A stretch of DNA of 64,000 bases from an uncultured Fibrobacteria bacterium (GTDB lineage: Bacteria; Fibrobacterota; Fibrobacteria; UBA11236), in NCBI GenBank assembly GCA_963716395.1, contig OY970309.1, positions 3,008,001 through 3,072,000 of the forward strand, read 5' to 3'. Below the pieces are notes generated by a model. That model saw nothing but the letters and a program-made list of their open reading frames with translations. It was not told where the DNA came from and did not search any database. How positions within the stretch are numbered: the stretch's first letter is position 1; each line of letters opens with the position of its first letter. Below are positions 21,793 through 33,800 of this stretch, in pieces. The translations under genes and the position numbers were made by a program.

Positions 21793-21914
21793 GCGCACAA
21801 GCCGCACTCGTGGACTTTCCACCGCCAGCACAAATTTCCCCCGCTTTGAAGGTAGCCGGGCCGGAGTAAACCCGCTGGGAAAATCCGGGTGAAAGCTTGA
21901 AGTAACCCGCCTGG

Positions 21915-23591
21915 TTACGCGTCGGTGACGCATCCCGTGGATGCGGAACTGACGGTTTTGATGTATTTGTACAGCGTGCCGCTCTTGACTTTGTAAGGCG
22001 GCGCGCTCCAGCCGGCGAAACGCGCCGCGATTTCGGCCTCGGTGAGATCGGCCTCGATGCGGTTCTTGGCCGCGTCGAGGGTGATCACGTCACCGTCGCG
22101 CAGCACGGCCAAAAGCCCGCCGCTTTGGGCTTCGGGCGTGACATGGCCCACCACGAAGCCGTGCGTGCCGCCGGAGAAACGCCCGTCGGTGATGAGCGCC
22201 ACGCTTTTACCCAACCCCGCGCCCATGAGGGCCGAAGTCACGGTCAGCATTTCGCTCATGCCCGGTCCGCCCTTGGGACCTTCGTATCGGATGACCACCA
22301 CATCGCCGGACACGATTTTTTTCTGTTCCAGGGCGTGCAGGCAATCTTCTTCGGAGTCGTAAATCTTGGCCGGACCGGTAAACGACAGCCCTTCTTTGCC
22401 GGTGATTTTGGCCACGGCGCCTTCGGTGGCGAGATTGCCGTACAGAATGCGGATATGCCCCGTGGTCTTGATCGGCTGCGAGACGGGAAACACGACTTTC
22501 TGGCCCGCGCGCAATCCGGGAAGGTTCTCCACGTTCTCGGCCAGGGTTTTTCCCGTGACCGTCAGGCAATCGCCGTGCAAAAAGCCCTCTTGGAGCAAGA
22601 GTTTGTGCACGGCGGGAATGCCGCCCACCGCGTGCAAATCCTCCATGACATAGGGTCCGCTGGGTTTGAGATCGGCGAGATAGGGGGTTTTATCGCTGAT
22701 GCGCTGGAAGTCGGCCAAGGTGAGTTCGACTTCGGCGGCGCGCGCCATGGCGATGAGATGCAACACGGCGTTGGTGGAGCCGCCCAGGGCCATGACCACG
22801 GTGATGGCGTTCTCAAAGGCTTTGCGGGTCAGAATGTCGCGCGGCTTGATATCGCGTTCCAGCAAGAGGAGCATGGCTTTTCCCAAACCCAGGCATTCGC
22901 GGAACTTTTCATCGCTGACGGCTGGCGCACAGGAGTCATAGGGCAGCGACAGCCCCAAGGTCTCGATGGCCGAAGCCATGGTGTTGGCGGTGTACATGCC
23001 GCCGCAGGCGCCTTGGCCCGGACAGGCATGTTCGAGGATTTCGTTCATGCCGTTTTGAGTGAGACGGCCTGCCAAATATTCGCCGTAGGCCTCGAAGGCC
23101 GACACCACATCGAGTTTCTTGCCGTTCCAATAACCCGGTAAAATGGTGCCACCGTACACCAGGATGCTGGGGCGGTTGAAGCGCGCCATGGCCATCACCG
23201 ATCCCGGCATATTCTTGTCGCAGCCCGCCACCGAGACGTTGCCGTCATACCATTGCGCCCGGGTCACGGTTTCGATGGAATCGGCGATGAGATCGCGCGA
23301 TTGCAGGCTGTAATTCATGCCTTCGGTACCCATGGAAATGCCGTCGCTGACGCCGATGGTGTGGAACACTAAGCCGATGATCCCTTCTTCACGCAAGCTC
23401 TTCTTGATGTGGCCGGCCAGGTCGTTGAGGTGCATGTTGCAGGGGTTGCCGTCGTAGCCCATGCTGGCCACGCCTACCTGGGGCTTATGCAGATCGTCTT
23501 CGTTGAGGCCGATGGCGTGCAGCATGGCCCGCGAAGCGGGTTGGGAGATGGTTTCGGTGAGGCGCGCGCTGTATTTGTTGAGCTTGGACAT
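21915..23591 (-). CDS. ilvD: Dihydroxy-acid dehydratase
   Basis: [46 protein letters not shown]. Confidence 0.97.
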   Translation of the reverse strand: MSKLNKYSARLTETISQPASRAMLHAIGLNEDDLHKPQVGVASMGYDGNPCNMHLNDLAGHIKKSLREEGIIGLVFHTIGVSDGISMGTEGMNYSLQSRDLIADSIETVTRAQWYDGNVSVAGCDKNMPGSVMAMARFNRPSILVYGGTILPGYWNGKKLDVVSAFEAYGEYLAGRLTQNGMNEILEHACPGQGACGGMYTANTMASAIETLGLSLPYDSCAPAVSDEKFRECLGLGKAMLLLLERDIKPRDILTRKAFENAITVVMALGGSTNAVLHLIAMARAAEVELTLADFQRISDKTPYLADLKPSGPYVMEDLHAVGGIPAVHKLLLQEGFLHGDCLTVTGKTLAENVENLPGLRAGQKVVFPVSQPIKTTGHIRILYGNLATEGAVAKITGKEGLSFTGPAKIYDSEEDCLHALEQKKIVSGDVVVIRYEGPKGGPGMSEMLTVTSALMGAGLGKSVALITDGRFSGGTHGFVVGHVTPEAQSGGLLAVLRDGDVITLDAAKNRIEADLTEAEIAARFAGWSAPPYKVKSGTLYKYIKTVSSASTGCVTDA

Positions 23592-23696
23592 GAGGCTCTC
23601 TCAATCGAAATGGGAAAAGGAAAGTTAAAAAAGCCTGGCGGCGTGTGGATTCGCGGCGCCGCACTCCTATTCATACCGGGAGGCGACCTTTCATAA

Positions 23697-23742
23697 ATCG
23701 TATAAATACGATATTGACATCATATCGTATTTATACGATATT
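23697..23742 (+). promoter_or_regulatory. Sigma70 promoter overlapped by two ArsR/SmtB-like operator palindromes
   Basis: 18-bp perfect inverted repeat at 23697-23714 / 23722-23739; each arm contains ATCGTAT-NN-ATACGAT; TTGACA at 23714 and GATATT 17 bp downstream. Confidence 0.75.
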
Positions 23743-23748
23743 ACTGCG

Positions 23749-23862
23749 ATGACTTTGAGTAAGCGGGATGGGTTATCGAAATTGAATGGTCCGAGAGGCG
23801 GGGCTCAAATCAGAAGCGTGCATGGATTACGACAAACCTGCGGTAAAAGGAGAACAACATGA
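23749..23862 (+). pseudogene. 37-aa ORF, possible collapsed arsR remnant or leader peptide
   Basis: MTLSKRDGLSKLNGPRGGAQIRSVHGLRQTCGKRRTT; ATG 6 nt after the -10 box; stop overlaps the arsM ATG (ATGA). Confidence 0.3.
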
Positions 23863-24767
23863 AAGTTTTCGGAATTGGAATTGGAAAAAGTGACAAGGGG
23901 TCGAAAGCTTGCTGCGGCCCCGCCTGCTGTGCCGAGCCGGCAAGCGAGTCGATGGCCGAAGATACGGCCCGCTTGGGTGCACGTCAACTCAAGGCCATGG
24001 TGAAGGAAAAATACAGTGAGATCGCCCGATCCGACGAGACTTCCGCTTCCTGTTGCGGCGCCGTATCTACGGCCACGGGAGAGAAGGTATGCTTCAGCGA
24101 AGGGTATGGAGATCTCCCGGGATACGAGCCGGCGGCGGATTTGGGACTGGGATGCGGATTGCCCACGGAAACCGCGGAGATTCAGCCCGGCGACACGGTG
24201 CTGGATTTGGGATCGGGCGCGGGCAACGACGCGTTCGTGGCCCGCAGCTTGGTGGGCGACGGACGCGTCATCGGCGTGGACATGACCGAAGCCATGATCG
24301 AAAAGGCCGAAAGCAATCGGGCCAAACTGGGCTATGCCAACGTCGAATTTCGCTTGGGCGAAATCGAAGCCTTACCGGTGGAAGACGCCTCCGTCGACGT
24401 GGTCATCAGCAATTGCGTGTTGAATCTGGTTCCGGATAAATCCAAGGCTTATGCCGAAATCCATCGCGTGTTGAAACCCGGCGGTCATTTCTCCATTTCC
24501 GACATCGTGCTTTCGGGTCCCATTCCCGAGCGAATGAAATCCATCGCGGCCCTGTACGCCGGTTGCGTGGCCGGAGCCATGGTCAAAAGCGACTATCTCT
24601 TCGCCGTCCTCGCCGCGGGATTCCACGAGATCCAACTCGTCAAAGAACGGGAGATCGTGATTCCCGACGCGGTATTGGCCGAGCATTTGAGTCAGGACGA
24701 AATCCGCATTCTCCGGCTGGCCGGCACCCGGATCCTGAGCGTTACCGTGCGCGCTGTCAAGGGATGA
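23859..24767 (+). CDS. arsM: Arsenite S-adenosylmethionine methyltransferase
   Basis: SCCG, LGLGCGLP, VLDLGSGAG, VISNCVLNL, YAGCVAGA conserved Cys pattern. Confidence 0.9.
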   Translation: MKVFGIGIGKSDKGSKACCGPACCAEPASESMAEDTARLGARQLKAMVKEKYSEIARSDETSASCCGAVSTATGEKVCFSEGYGDLPGYEPAADLGLGCGLPTETAEIQPGDTVLDLGSGAGNDAFVARSLVGDGRVIGVDMTEAMIEKAESNRAKLGYANVEFRLGEIEALPVEDASVDVVISNCVLNLVPDKSKAYAEIHRVLKPGGHFSISDIVLSGPIPERMKSIAALYAGCVAGAMVKSDYLFAVLAAGFHEIQLVKEREIVIPDAVLAEHLSQDEIRILRLAGTRILSVTVRAVKG

Positions 24768-24904
24768 AGACTGGGGAGTGGATGGTTTCGAAACCACAAA
24801 GGTTCGGTCGCCCTGCGGATTCGACTTCGTGTCCAATTGGTTGAACCATCCTTCCGATTTGGAATCCCGCTTGCCTCGCGTCCGCCGGAAGCGTAGGGCG
24901 TACT

Positions 24905-26311
24905 TTATCGACCGGTCGTGGCATACCCATCGGTCAGAGTATTGAGAAACGCGATTACATCCCGGATTTCCGCTGGGCTCAAGGCCGGGGGATCGCCGGG
25001 ATGGCGATTAAAGGGCGCATCGATCGTGTCGACATTGCCTTGGTATGGCTTCGGCACGTCATCATACTTGATCACCGCGCCGTTGCTGTCTTGCGGATAA
25101 AAGCGCGCCGGATGCAAATCCCGGTTCACATACCAGTCCAGCGCCGTGTCGAGGGAATGGAACACCCCGTTGTGGAACAATACCTGCCGCAGGGCGACAT
25201 TGCGCAGACTCGGAGTCAGGAACATGCCGCAGTATTTTGTCTGCTGTTGCATATCGCCGCGGAAGGGACCGCAAAGACCGAGATCGTGATAATGCGGATC
25301 CTTGTTGGCCGGAATGCCGGCATTGCGCGGCACACCCAGCGCTTCGTATTGAAAATCGGTGAACAACGGTGGCAAGCCGTTCCGGGCCGGTTGGTCGAGA
25401 TGACAGGCGGCGCAATTGCCTTTGTGGGGATCGTTGAAGGCGAGATACCCCCGCATTTCCCGGCGGGTGAAGCGCGCCTGGCCGGCCAGCCAGGCATCGA
25501 ACTTACTGCTGAAGGGGTGAAAGCTCGGATCTTCGATTTCAAAGCGCGCAATGGCGAACAAGGCTTCCGCCACGACCTGTTGTGTGTCCTGGAAGATGGG
25601 GGCGCCGAACAAGCGGAGAAAATCCTCCGAGTACTTCGCCTTTACGAGCTTACGCGCCAGGGTTGCCGGCGTGCCGGCATCCATCTCGTAGAGGTTGAAC
25701 ATGGGCCCGTCGGCTTGTTGCTGCAGGGTGTTCACGCGTCCATCCCAAAACAGACCCCCTTGCGGTACCAAATTGACCGCCGAAGCCTGTGGCGTCAAAG
25801 CCGTTTTCACCGCGCGTACGTGGCCCGCGGCTTGTTGCGCCTGCTGCTGCAAGGTGACCATCTGATCGTTGTCGCCGGAGTTGTCGGGTCCGATGCTGAA
25901 TCCGGGTTGGCGGTAGAGATAACGCAGGGAAGGCACGGCCCGGAAGCCGTTCATCTGCATGGCGGGACCGCCCAGCACCACGGCTTTGGCGTCGACCGGT
26001 CCATAGGCATGGGCCGGGCTGTGACAACTGCTGCAGGAAAGCCGGCCCGAGGACGACAGGCTGGAATCAAAAAATAATTTTCGCCCCAATTGCGCCATCG
26101 CCGAAAGCGGTGCCGAAGGAGGAAGTCGGAGCCTCACGGGATGAGGATTGAATCCAAAAGACAGTTGCACAGCATCCCGGGGTCGTATCAACCAGTTGCG
26201 AAATGCAACCGGACTCGACGCGATGAGGACGGCGAGTAACCCGACGCCACCCAGAAACACACCGGTCGCCGCCAGGATTCCGGGAGTCGTGGGAAACCGT
26301 CGGTCGTCCAT
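24905..26311 (-). CDS. Di-heme cytochrome c peroxidase / MauG superfamily protein (BthA-like)
   Basis: LGRKLFFD, CSSCH, FWDGR, CAACH, TPSLRNVA, FHNG, AFLNTLTDG. Confidence 0.85.
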   Translation of the reverse strand: MDDRRFPTTPGILAATGVFLGGVGLLAVLIASSPVAFRNWLIRPRDAVQLSFGFNPHPVRLRLPPSAPLSAMAQLGRKLFFDSSLSSSGRLSCSSCHSPAHAYGPVDAKAVVLGGPAMQMNGFRAVPSLRYLYRQPGFSIGPDNSGDNDQMVTLQQQAQQAAGHVRAVKTALTPQASAVNLVPQGGLFWDGRVNTLQQQADGPMFNLYEMDAGTPATLARKLVKAKYSEDFLRLFGAPIFQDTQQVVAEALFAIARFEIEDPSFHPFSSKFDAWLAGQARFTRREMRGYLAFNDPHKGNCAACHLDQPARNGLPPLFTDFQYEALGVPRNAGIPANKDPHYHDLGLCGPFRGDMQQQTKYCGMFLTPSLRNVALRQVLFHNGVFHSLDTALDWYVNRDLHPARFYPQDSNGAVIKYDDVPKPYQGNVDTIDAPFNRHPGDPPALSPAEIRDVIAFLNTLTDGYATTGR

Positions 26312-26358
26312 TTACCGATCCGCAGGTCGCATAGACAACGGAATCGTCCGCTTCCCGG

Positions 26359-26394
26359 AAAAAAAATCGGTACGCATCGCGAAGATGCGTACCG
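26359..26394 (-). terminator. Intrinsic terminator between the phosphoesterase and peroxidase genes
   Basis: 11-bp stem CGGTACGCATC/GATGCGTACCG followed by A and eight T on the minus strand. Confidence 0.75.
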
Positions 26395-26437
26395 GCAGCC
26401 CGGTTTGCTTGCTTGAATCGTTTAGGAACACCATCAA

Positions 26438-28129
26438 CTACATGAAGGGATGTTCATAGCGGTGAGGATGGAATTCGGTTCCCAACTGCGGATCGAGATA
26501 AAACGGTTCCGCATTGCGGGGTGCGCGAAAGTCGAACATATCCTGGATGTTGCCCGCGGTCGCATCGAAAGAACCGCCGCCGATGCGTTCGCCGTTCAGC
26601 CAGTTATCCTCGATAAAACGAACGATGGAAGCCTGCGAGATCCGTTGGTGGCTGACGTAATTGCTTTTCGCGAAGGGCGAGACGACTAGGAAGGGAATAC
26701 GCGTGCCCGGCCCGCAGCGGCCGTTGACCGGCTTGCCGTTCAGGCCTTGCGGCCGGGGGCCGCTGCCGCACTTGCCCGGCCCGTTGAGTTGGTCGGCCGT
26801 CGGATCCAGCGAGGAACTCGTGACGTCGGCGAAGGCGTGATCGTACCAACCGTCGGAATCGTCCCAGGTAATGATGACGACGGTGTTTTCCCATCCGGGT
26901 TGGTGCTGCAGGAAATTAATCAACTCGGTCGTGAAGACCTGTTCGTCCAGCGGATCGGAGTACCCAGCATGGCCATCCTGGTAGGCGGGCGCCTTCAAAT
27001 AGCAAACGGCGGGATAGTTGCCGGCCTTGACCGCGGCGTAAAAATCATGGATGTCGTATGCGTGATTGGCCGGATCGACCTTGGTGGCATCGGCTTCCAG
27101 GGTGTGTCCGATGGCGGCCACGGAACTGGGCCGGGCATGCGTCGGATTCGCCGTGGACTGATAATATTGAAACCAGGCGTGATGGGGAATATAGTCGGCG
27201 ACGGTCGCGTTCACCGTGGAAGAGAATGTGCTGCGGCCGCAGCCCGTGGTTCCATTTTCATTCGTCTGACCGAGATCGAAACCGCCCATGAAGCTGCCCC
27301 AGGAGATTTTCTGGGAATTGAGCAGGTCGCCGATGTTTTTGCCGGTCATCCACACCTGTTCGCTTTGACTCGAACAGACGTCCGCTGCAGGATCGACATC
27401 GTTGATCATGGTGTAGCCGCCCTGGCTATCCGGGACGTAATAGGACGTTTTGGTGCCGTGCAGATTGAACACCATGCCGTTGGTCTGACCCGAGACCGCT
27501 TCCAGCGCGCCCGGGGTGGAGGGGCCGTAGGTGTCGGTATACGCATTGTCATTCATGGCGAAACGCTGTGCGTAATTCCACATCGATGTCACGGTGTTCC
27601 CGTCATAATAACCCATGACCTGACCTTTGGTGCCGAAGGCACCGACCCCGCCCGACGTCGCGGTTCCCGTGTATTTCGGGAACAGGTCCATCGCGCCGCC
27701 GTCATAGGCTTGCTCTTCGGCGGTGTAGGCATGATTCTGATCCGCGGTGCTGGCCTGGGTGCGGTCGAGCCGAAACGGTTCGGCGGCATCGGAACCGTTG
27801 GCCGGGTTGGTAGAATTCGGATTATGGGTCAAAAGATGACTGTTGGCCAAGTTGTTGACCTTGGGTGTGCCGCGTTCGGCGCGAAAATTCGGTTCCCCCC
27901 CAGGATTAGTCGCTGTGGGATAGGTGGCGAAGTAGTGGTCAAAGGAAACATTTTCGTTGTAAATGATGACGAGATGCTTAATCGGGGTCGCGGTTTTAGG
28001 TGCATGTTCGTGTTCGTGCTCATAATGAAAGTCGACTAAAGTTTTTTTCACGGGTGAGGCTTGGGCCAGGGCTACGGACATCACCGCCGATCCCATAAAG
28101 ACCAGCAGATTGGGTGTTGGTTTCGTCAT
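26438..28129 (-). CDS. Secreted phospholipase C / acid phosphatase family phosphoesterase
   Basis: Signal peptide; IKHLVIIYNENVSFDHYF, GPSTPG, DGHAG, TWDDSDGWYDH, GTRIPFLVVSPF. Confidence 0.88.
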   Translation of the reverse strand: MTKPTPNLLVFMGSAVMSVALAQASPVKKTLVDFHYEHEHEHAPKTATPIKHLVIIYNENVSFDHYFATYPTATNPGGEPNFRAERGTPKVNNLANSHLLTHNPNSTNPANGSDAAEPFRLDRTQASTADQNHAYTAEEQAYDGGAMDLFPKYTGTATSGGVGAFGTKGQVMGYYDGNTVTSMWNYAQRFAMNDNAYTDTYGPSTPGALEAVSGQTNGMVFNLHGTKTSYYVPDSQGGYTMINDVDPAADVCSSQSEQVWMTGKNIGDLLNSQKISWGSFMGGFDLGQTNENGTTGCGRSTFSSTVNATVADYIPHHAWFQYYQSTANPTHARPSSVAAIGHTLEADATKVDPANHAYDIHDFYAAVKAGNYPAVCYLKAPAYQDGHAGYSDPLDEQVFTTELINFLQHQPGWENTVVIITWDDSDGWYDHAFADVTSSSLDPTADQLNGPGKCGSGPRPQGLNGKPVNGRCGPGTRIPFLVVSPFAKSNYVSHQRISQASIVRFIEDNWLNGERIGGGSFDATAGNIQDMFDFRAPRNAEPFYLDPQLGTEFHPHRYEHPFM

Positions 28130-28525
28130 GGCAAACTCCGGTTCGTTAAAGGGTGAAGGAAAGACCGACCGCCGACCGAGTTGAGAAGGATGGCATAACC
28201 CTCTTGACTCCATCGACGCCCCAAAGTTAAGCGTGGATCTTGGCGGCGTTTTTCAATGTGGTTGCCGTTTTGTTGAGGTTTAATCACCACGCGTCGTAGT
28301 GGCGTTTTTCGGCGAGGGGCCGGGCGCCGGCTCCGGTCTTGGATAATTGGTTGTCCGGCGAAACGAAGTTGTAACCACGCGAGTTCGAAGGGGCGGGTCT
28401 ACCGGCGGACGAACGCCCGAAGCTCTCCCATCCGTCCCGGTTTTGGAGGCGATTCCGGACCCGGCATTCATCACCGGATACCGCCTGAAGTTGGAAGGAA
28501 TAACGCGATGCGGGAAACTTCGAAG

Positions 28526-30721
28526 TTACGCCGCGAAGCCGTGCAAAAACCGGCGCATCTCCGCGGGGCCGCGCAGGGAATACCGGGCAGCCGAAAAGCG
28601 CCAACCTACACGCACGGTCACGGCTTCGGGCGGTAAAGAACGGAACATGTCTTCGTCGGTTTGATCGTCGCCGGCGGCAAAAATGAAATCGAAATTAGAA
28701 CCGCGCAGCACATCGAGGACGGCCGCGCCTTTGTGCACCCCCGATTGGCGCAATTCGACGACCTTCTTGCCTTCGAGCACCTGCACTTCGAAGTTGGCCG
28801 TATAATGCATCAAATCGTCGACCAACTCTTTGGCGCGCAGCATGCCGATTTCCGGGTCGGCCTTGCGGTAATGCCAGGCCAGGCTGAATTCCTTTTCCTC
28901 GATCAGCGATCCCGGCAACCGGTCGACATAGGTCTGGAAAATGGGGCGCAATTTGTCTTTCCACGCCGGAGTGGTGGGCTTGAGTTGCCGCCACTCGCCC
29001 CCGGGGGGATGCAGCCAGGCCCCGTGTTCGGCAATGCGGCCCAACGGCAATTTTCCCAGCCAGCCGTCGAGCACGCTGCGGCTGCGGCCGCTGACGATGT
29101 AGACGGTGTTGGGAGGACGCGACAGGCGCGTCAGCAAATCAAGTAGCTCGGCGTCGGGTTCGGCTAGATGGGGCAGAGGCGCAAAGGGCACCAGCGTGCC
29201 GTCGTAATCGAGCAGCAGGATCGGCCGGCGGCTGCGGCGGCGCCCGGCCCAAATCTCTTCGGACAGGGATGCGGTCAGGCGTTGCGTGGCGAACAGGTCG
29301 CGCTGCGAGTATCGGCGCTCCAGCGCATCGAGAAAACTGTCGGCCCAGCGCCGCGCATCGTACAGGCGCAGGCGTTCGCGCATGGGACGGTTGCGGCGGA
29401 TGCGCTCGTCTTCGGGCATGGAGATGGCTTCTTGAATGGCGTCGGCCAAATCGCCGCGATGGTTGGGGTTGACCAGCACGGCTTCGCCCAATTCGCGCGC
29501 CGCACCCGTCATCTCGCTGAGAATGAGCACGCCTTTTTCCTCCACCTGGCAGGCGAGATATTCCTTGGACACGAGATTCATCCCGTCGCGCAGCGGCGTG
29601 ATCAGCGCCACGTCGGCCAGGCGATACAACGCCGTCAATTCCTGAAAGTCGAGGTGGCCGTAATGGTACAGAATGGGAACCCAATCCAGCCGGCCGTTGC
29701 GGCCGTTGATGCGCCCCACGATTTCATCCAGTTCCTGCTTCATCTTGCGGTAATGGGGCACTTCTTCGCGCGACGGCACCACGGTCATGATGAAGGTCAC
29801 CTCTCCCAGCCATTCGGGGTGACGCAAAAGAAATTCCTCGAAGCCCTCGAGCCGCTGCACGATGCCCTTGGTGTAATCCAGCCTATCCACCGAAAACACC
29901 ACCCGGCGGCCCTTCATCTCGGCGCGCAAATCGGCGCAAGCCGCCTCGACTTCGGGGCTCAGGGCCGCAGCTTCGAAGCGTGCGAAGTCGATGCCGATGG
30001 GAAAGGTGTCGGCGCGGCGGATCTGTTCATCGACTTGAATCTGACCCAAATGGTGATCGAACCCCAAGGTGCGGTAGACACAGCGCAGAAAATACTGGGT
30101 GTAGTCCTGGGTGTGAAAGCCGATGAGATCGGCGCCCAGCATGCCCAGCAGCAATTCGCGCCGCCAATGGTTGGGCAATAGGCGAAAGAGTTCGAAGGAA
30201 GGGAAGGGGATGTGCAGAAAAAAGCCGAGGCACAAATCCGGCTTTTGTTCCCGCAGCATGCCGGGGAGAAGCAGAAGCTGGTAATCGTGAATCCATACCC
30301 GGTCGCCGGGTTGTAGTTCGGCCAGCAGGGCGTCGCGGAAGCGCTCATTCACGCGGCGGTAGGTTTCCCAGAAGGCCGGATCATAGCTGATGAAAGAAGG
30401 AAAGTAATGGCACAGCGGCCACAGCGTACGGTTGCAGAATCCGAGGTAGAACTGTTTCATTTCCTCTTCGGGCAAAAACACCGGCAGGGCGTTGAACTCG
30501 CGCAGGGCCTGCTCGCGCACGATCGCCTGCTGGTCGGCCTCCACCGTCGCGCCGGGCCAGCCCACCCACACGCAGGAAAAATCCGGGTCTTGTTTTTTTT
30601 CTTCGAGATAGGCCGAGAGGGCCGTGACCAATCCGCCGGAACTGGGCGTGAAATGATAGCCGCCATGCCCGCGTTTGCACGTGAAAGGAAGGCGGTTGGA
30701 AACAATGACGAGTCGCTGCAT
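28526..30721 (-). CDS. Bifunctional trehalose-6-phosphate synthase/phosphatase
   Basis: [38 protein letters not shown]; HAD motifs LDYDGTL and [10 protein letters not shown]. Confidence 0.93.
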   Translation of the reverse strand: MQRLVIVSNRLPFTCKRGHGGYHFTPSSGGLVTALSAYLEEKKQDPDFSCVWVGWPGATVEADQQAIVREQALREFNALPVFLPEEEMKQFYLGFCNRTLWPLCHYFPSFISYDPAFWETYRRVNERFRDALLAELQPGDRVWIHDYQLLLLPGMLREQKPDLCLGFFLHIPFPSFELFRLLPNHWRRELLLGMLGADLIGFHTQDYTQYFLRCVYRTLGFDHHLGQIQVDEQIRRADTFPIGIDFARFEAAALSPEVEAACADLRAEMKGRRVVFSVDRLDYTKGIVQRLEGFEEFLLRHPEWLGEVTFIMTVVPSREEVPHYRKMKQELDEIVGRINGRNGRLDWVPILYHYGHLDFQELTALYRLADVALITPLRDGMNLVSKEYLACQVEEKGVLILSEMTGAARELGEAVLVNPNHRGDLADAIQEAISMPEDERIRRNRPMRERLRLYDARRWADSFLDALERRYSQRDLFATQRLTASLSEEIWAGRRRSRRPILLLDYDGTLVPFAPLPHLAEPDAELLDLLTRLSRPPNTVYIVSGRSRSVLDGWLGKLPLGRIAEHGAWLHPPGGEWRQLKPTTPAWKDKLRPIFQTYVDRLPGSLIEEKEFSLAWHYRKADPEIGMLRAKELVDDLMHYTANFEVQVLEGKKVVELRQSGVHKGAAVLDVLRGSNFDFIFAAGDDQTDEDMFRSLPPEAVTVRVGWRFSAARYSLRGPAEMRRFLHGFAA

Positions 30722-30829
30722 GCTGTGAAGGGAGAAAATTTTCCGCCCTTGGTTAAGTTAATAGATGCGTTCCGGAAAATTCAGGGCAGGCCGCAAATCC
30801 CCCGCGACATCGGGCGCGTTACGGCCGGA

Positions 30830-33800
30830 TCAGGTTTTGGAAATCGCGAGCTTGAGACCGCATTTTAGCAGCATGGGATCCCATTGCGCCCGCAACTGCC
30901 GGTACTCGTCGGGGTCGACCAGAAACGGTTCGACGCGCCATTGCTGGCGCAAGACGATGGTCTCGGGAGAATTCTGCTCGATGGAGAATTTCCAGCGCAG
31001 GTTCTCCTCTTCCAACTCGCGCGCCAGCGACAGCGATTTCCAGGCATAGCCCGCGGGCAGCCGGTAAGTCCAAACCGACTCCACCGTGACTTCGTGGGGA
31101 AAGTACACGGGAGTGCGCCGCTGATCGGGGTCGGGAAAGCGCAGAAAGCTCAGCTCGAGTTTGGGAAAATAATTGAAGGTGCGATCCCCGTTGAGATAGG
31201 GGAAACGGCTATGATACCGGAGCACCAGGATGAGCGGATCGTCGGGTTGGTACTCGTTCAGGATGCGAAATGAGTCTTCGGTGAAGGCGGTATAGCTCGA
31301 AGCCAGCCAGCTCAGGAGGCTCTGCGCGCGCGACGCCGCTTTCCAGCGATCGAGGCGGTCGCGGAATTCGTCGGCCGCCATACCTGTAAGCACCAGGCTG
31401 TCGCGCCCCAGCGCCGTGCCGTCGGCCTGCACCACGAGGTCATGGAACACACGCACGCTGTGTTCCCCCGAGGAATCGAGTTCGGGAATGGTGAGCAGGC
31501 GCGGATTCTCGGGATCGAGATCCAAGGTGTTGCGCCCTTCCAGATCGAGCGGATAACGGCGAAAGGCCGCGGTTTTCTCCGACGGGTCGAGATAATAGGG
31601 GCCCAGACCGCGCTGTATGGGAATATGCACGATCATGTGGTTGAACTGGTTGATGTTGGGCTGGCCCACGTCGCCTTCGCGGTCGAGGTTTACCAGCGAA
31701 AGATGGGCTTCGATGCCGCGTGCCTCCAGCATCTGCGTCAACAGTAGGGCTTCGCCCTTGCAATCGGCGCGGCGTGCGGCCAGCACCTCCACGGTCGAAT
31801 CGGGAATGCTGGCATTGAGGTTGAATTCGTAATTATCGTAACGGATGGAATCGCGTACGAAGCGGAAGAGGTCGCGCACCACGTCGGCATCGTGGAAGGG
31901 GCCGGTCAATTCCCCGGCTTCTTCGCGCGCCGCCAGCGACGGCTGGGCGGGATGGATGCCGGCCTTGTCCAGTTGCCGCAGGTAACGCAGCCCCACCTCG
32001 CGCCAGGTGGCGAACGGCGAAGCGCTGAATCCCGGCACCGCGTCTTCGTCCATGGGCGCGAAGCGCTCGTCGGTGGGGAAGAACGGCGTCGTCATCTCCA
32101 GCGTAATGCGGTCGGGCAAGGTGTCGATGCGCGTGCCGTCAAAGGGCACGATGAGCAGATTGGGCGGCGGCGCCAGCAAATCGAAACGGCTGCGCAGCAC
32201 CGGATACTCCGCCTGCTGGGTGAAGCGTACATAGGGGAACTCGGGCGTGGCCACCTGGGCTTCTTCGGTAACCAGCAACTCCACCATGAGTCGCCCCGGA
32301 TGGCGCTTGAGCGTGACATGCACCAGCAGGTTTTCGGGGTGGAGTTCGGAATGGGGCTTGCCGGTGACATAATAGTCCCGGAGTCCGCCCGTATACACCG
32401 GCTTCCAGGCCGAATCGTAGATGCGCAGGCGGTTGATGTAACAGCGCGCAAAGCTGCGGTTGAGGTCGAAGGTCAGCTCTGAATAGCGAATGAGCCGTAA
32501 ACCGTCGGGCACGAAAAAAAACGCGTGGCGGGTTTTTTTCCAGCGCCCCTTGGGCGTCCAGTGGTAGGCGATTTGCTGATCGACCAGCGTAATGGGGTAC
32601 GCTTCGAGCCGTGACTCCCACGCCGAGTCGCGCAGTTCGCGGCGCACGGCCGCGAGAGTGAGCGTGGTGCGCAGCGGCGCCAGGGGCGTGCGCAACACCT
32701 GGTTGCTCTTGTCGCCGAGCAGGGCCGCGGTTTGCGACTGCAATTCCTGCGCCTCCGGGTCGGTGGGGTCGAGCCGCAGCGATCGGCGCAGCGACGCCAT
32801 GGCCTGACGGTACAGCTTCAGGTTGAATTCGCAGGCCCCTTTGAGAAACAGGTTTTCGCCCGTGGCAGGAAACGTGTCCCCCAATGTTCGGATGAAATCG
32901 AGGCCGTCCTCGAAACGTTTGAGCCCCAGGTCGGCCCGTAACGTGTAGGCGACGGAACGGGCGGTGGGGACGGTGTCGGACTGCACCTGTTCCAACACCG
33001 TGAGGGCGTTTCGGTATTCCTCCAGTCCCAAGTAGGTGTCGGCGAGGTAGACGCCGAGGCGGAAATTCGGGTGTTCGGCGAAGGGGCGGATGAGCACGTT
33101 CTTCGATTGCACCTTTTCGCCCAACCCCCACAACGCGTCCGAAAGGTTGATCAACCATTCCTGGTCGCGTGGATCTTTCTCGATGGCCCGCAACGCCCAG
33201 TCGCGGGCCTCGGGGTAACGTTCGAGATCCTCGTAGAACGCACCCAGGATGCCGCACAGTTGGCCCGAGGAAGCGACCAGCGGCAAATGCCGCAGCAGCA
33301 GGTCAACCCCTCCCGAAGGGTCGTGCTTGAGGGCGTGCAGCGCGGCCAGATTGGCCAGATACTCGGGCGCGGTGCTGTCCAGGGCGAAGGCCTGCTGAAA
33401 GCGGGTGCGCGCCACCGGATACACGGTGTCTTCCAGGGCTTTGAGTCCCACGGTGTTCAGCACCATGGCCAGAAAGCGTCGGTTCGCCGGATCGGGCTCG
33501 GGTGTGCCGGTCAGGGAAACGGCGGAAAGACCCGGCGCGACGCAACCGAAGCGGCGGGGATCGGGCAGGCCCTCCAGTTGCAGGTACACCAAACTGGTGT
33601 CGGTGACTTTCACCAGTCCGCAATGATCCGTGTCACGGGGAGGGAGGTATACGCGGAAGCCGGCAAAACCCGGTGGCGGGGGAGCCGCGGAGGGATCGAC
33701 CTTGAATAGATAGCCCAGGGCATTGATCAGGGCGTCGGGTTTCATTTCCCGGGCTGGATAGGCGGCTTCGAACAGCGCCGCGGTGCGCTGGGGATCCCCG

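Noticed and set aside
28200-28525. Possible Pho-box-like repeats or small ORFs upstream of the phosphoesterase
   Set aside because: The repeats are too degenerate to call and the ORFs lack motifs.
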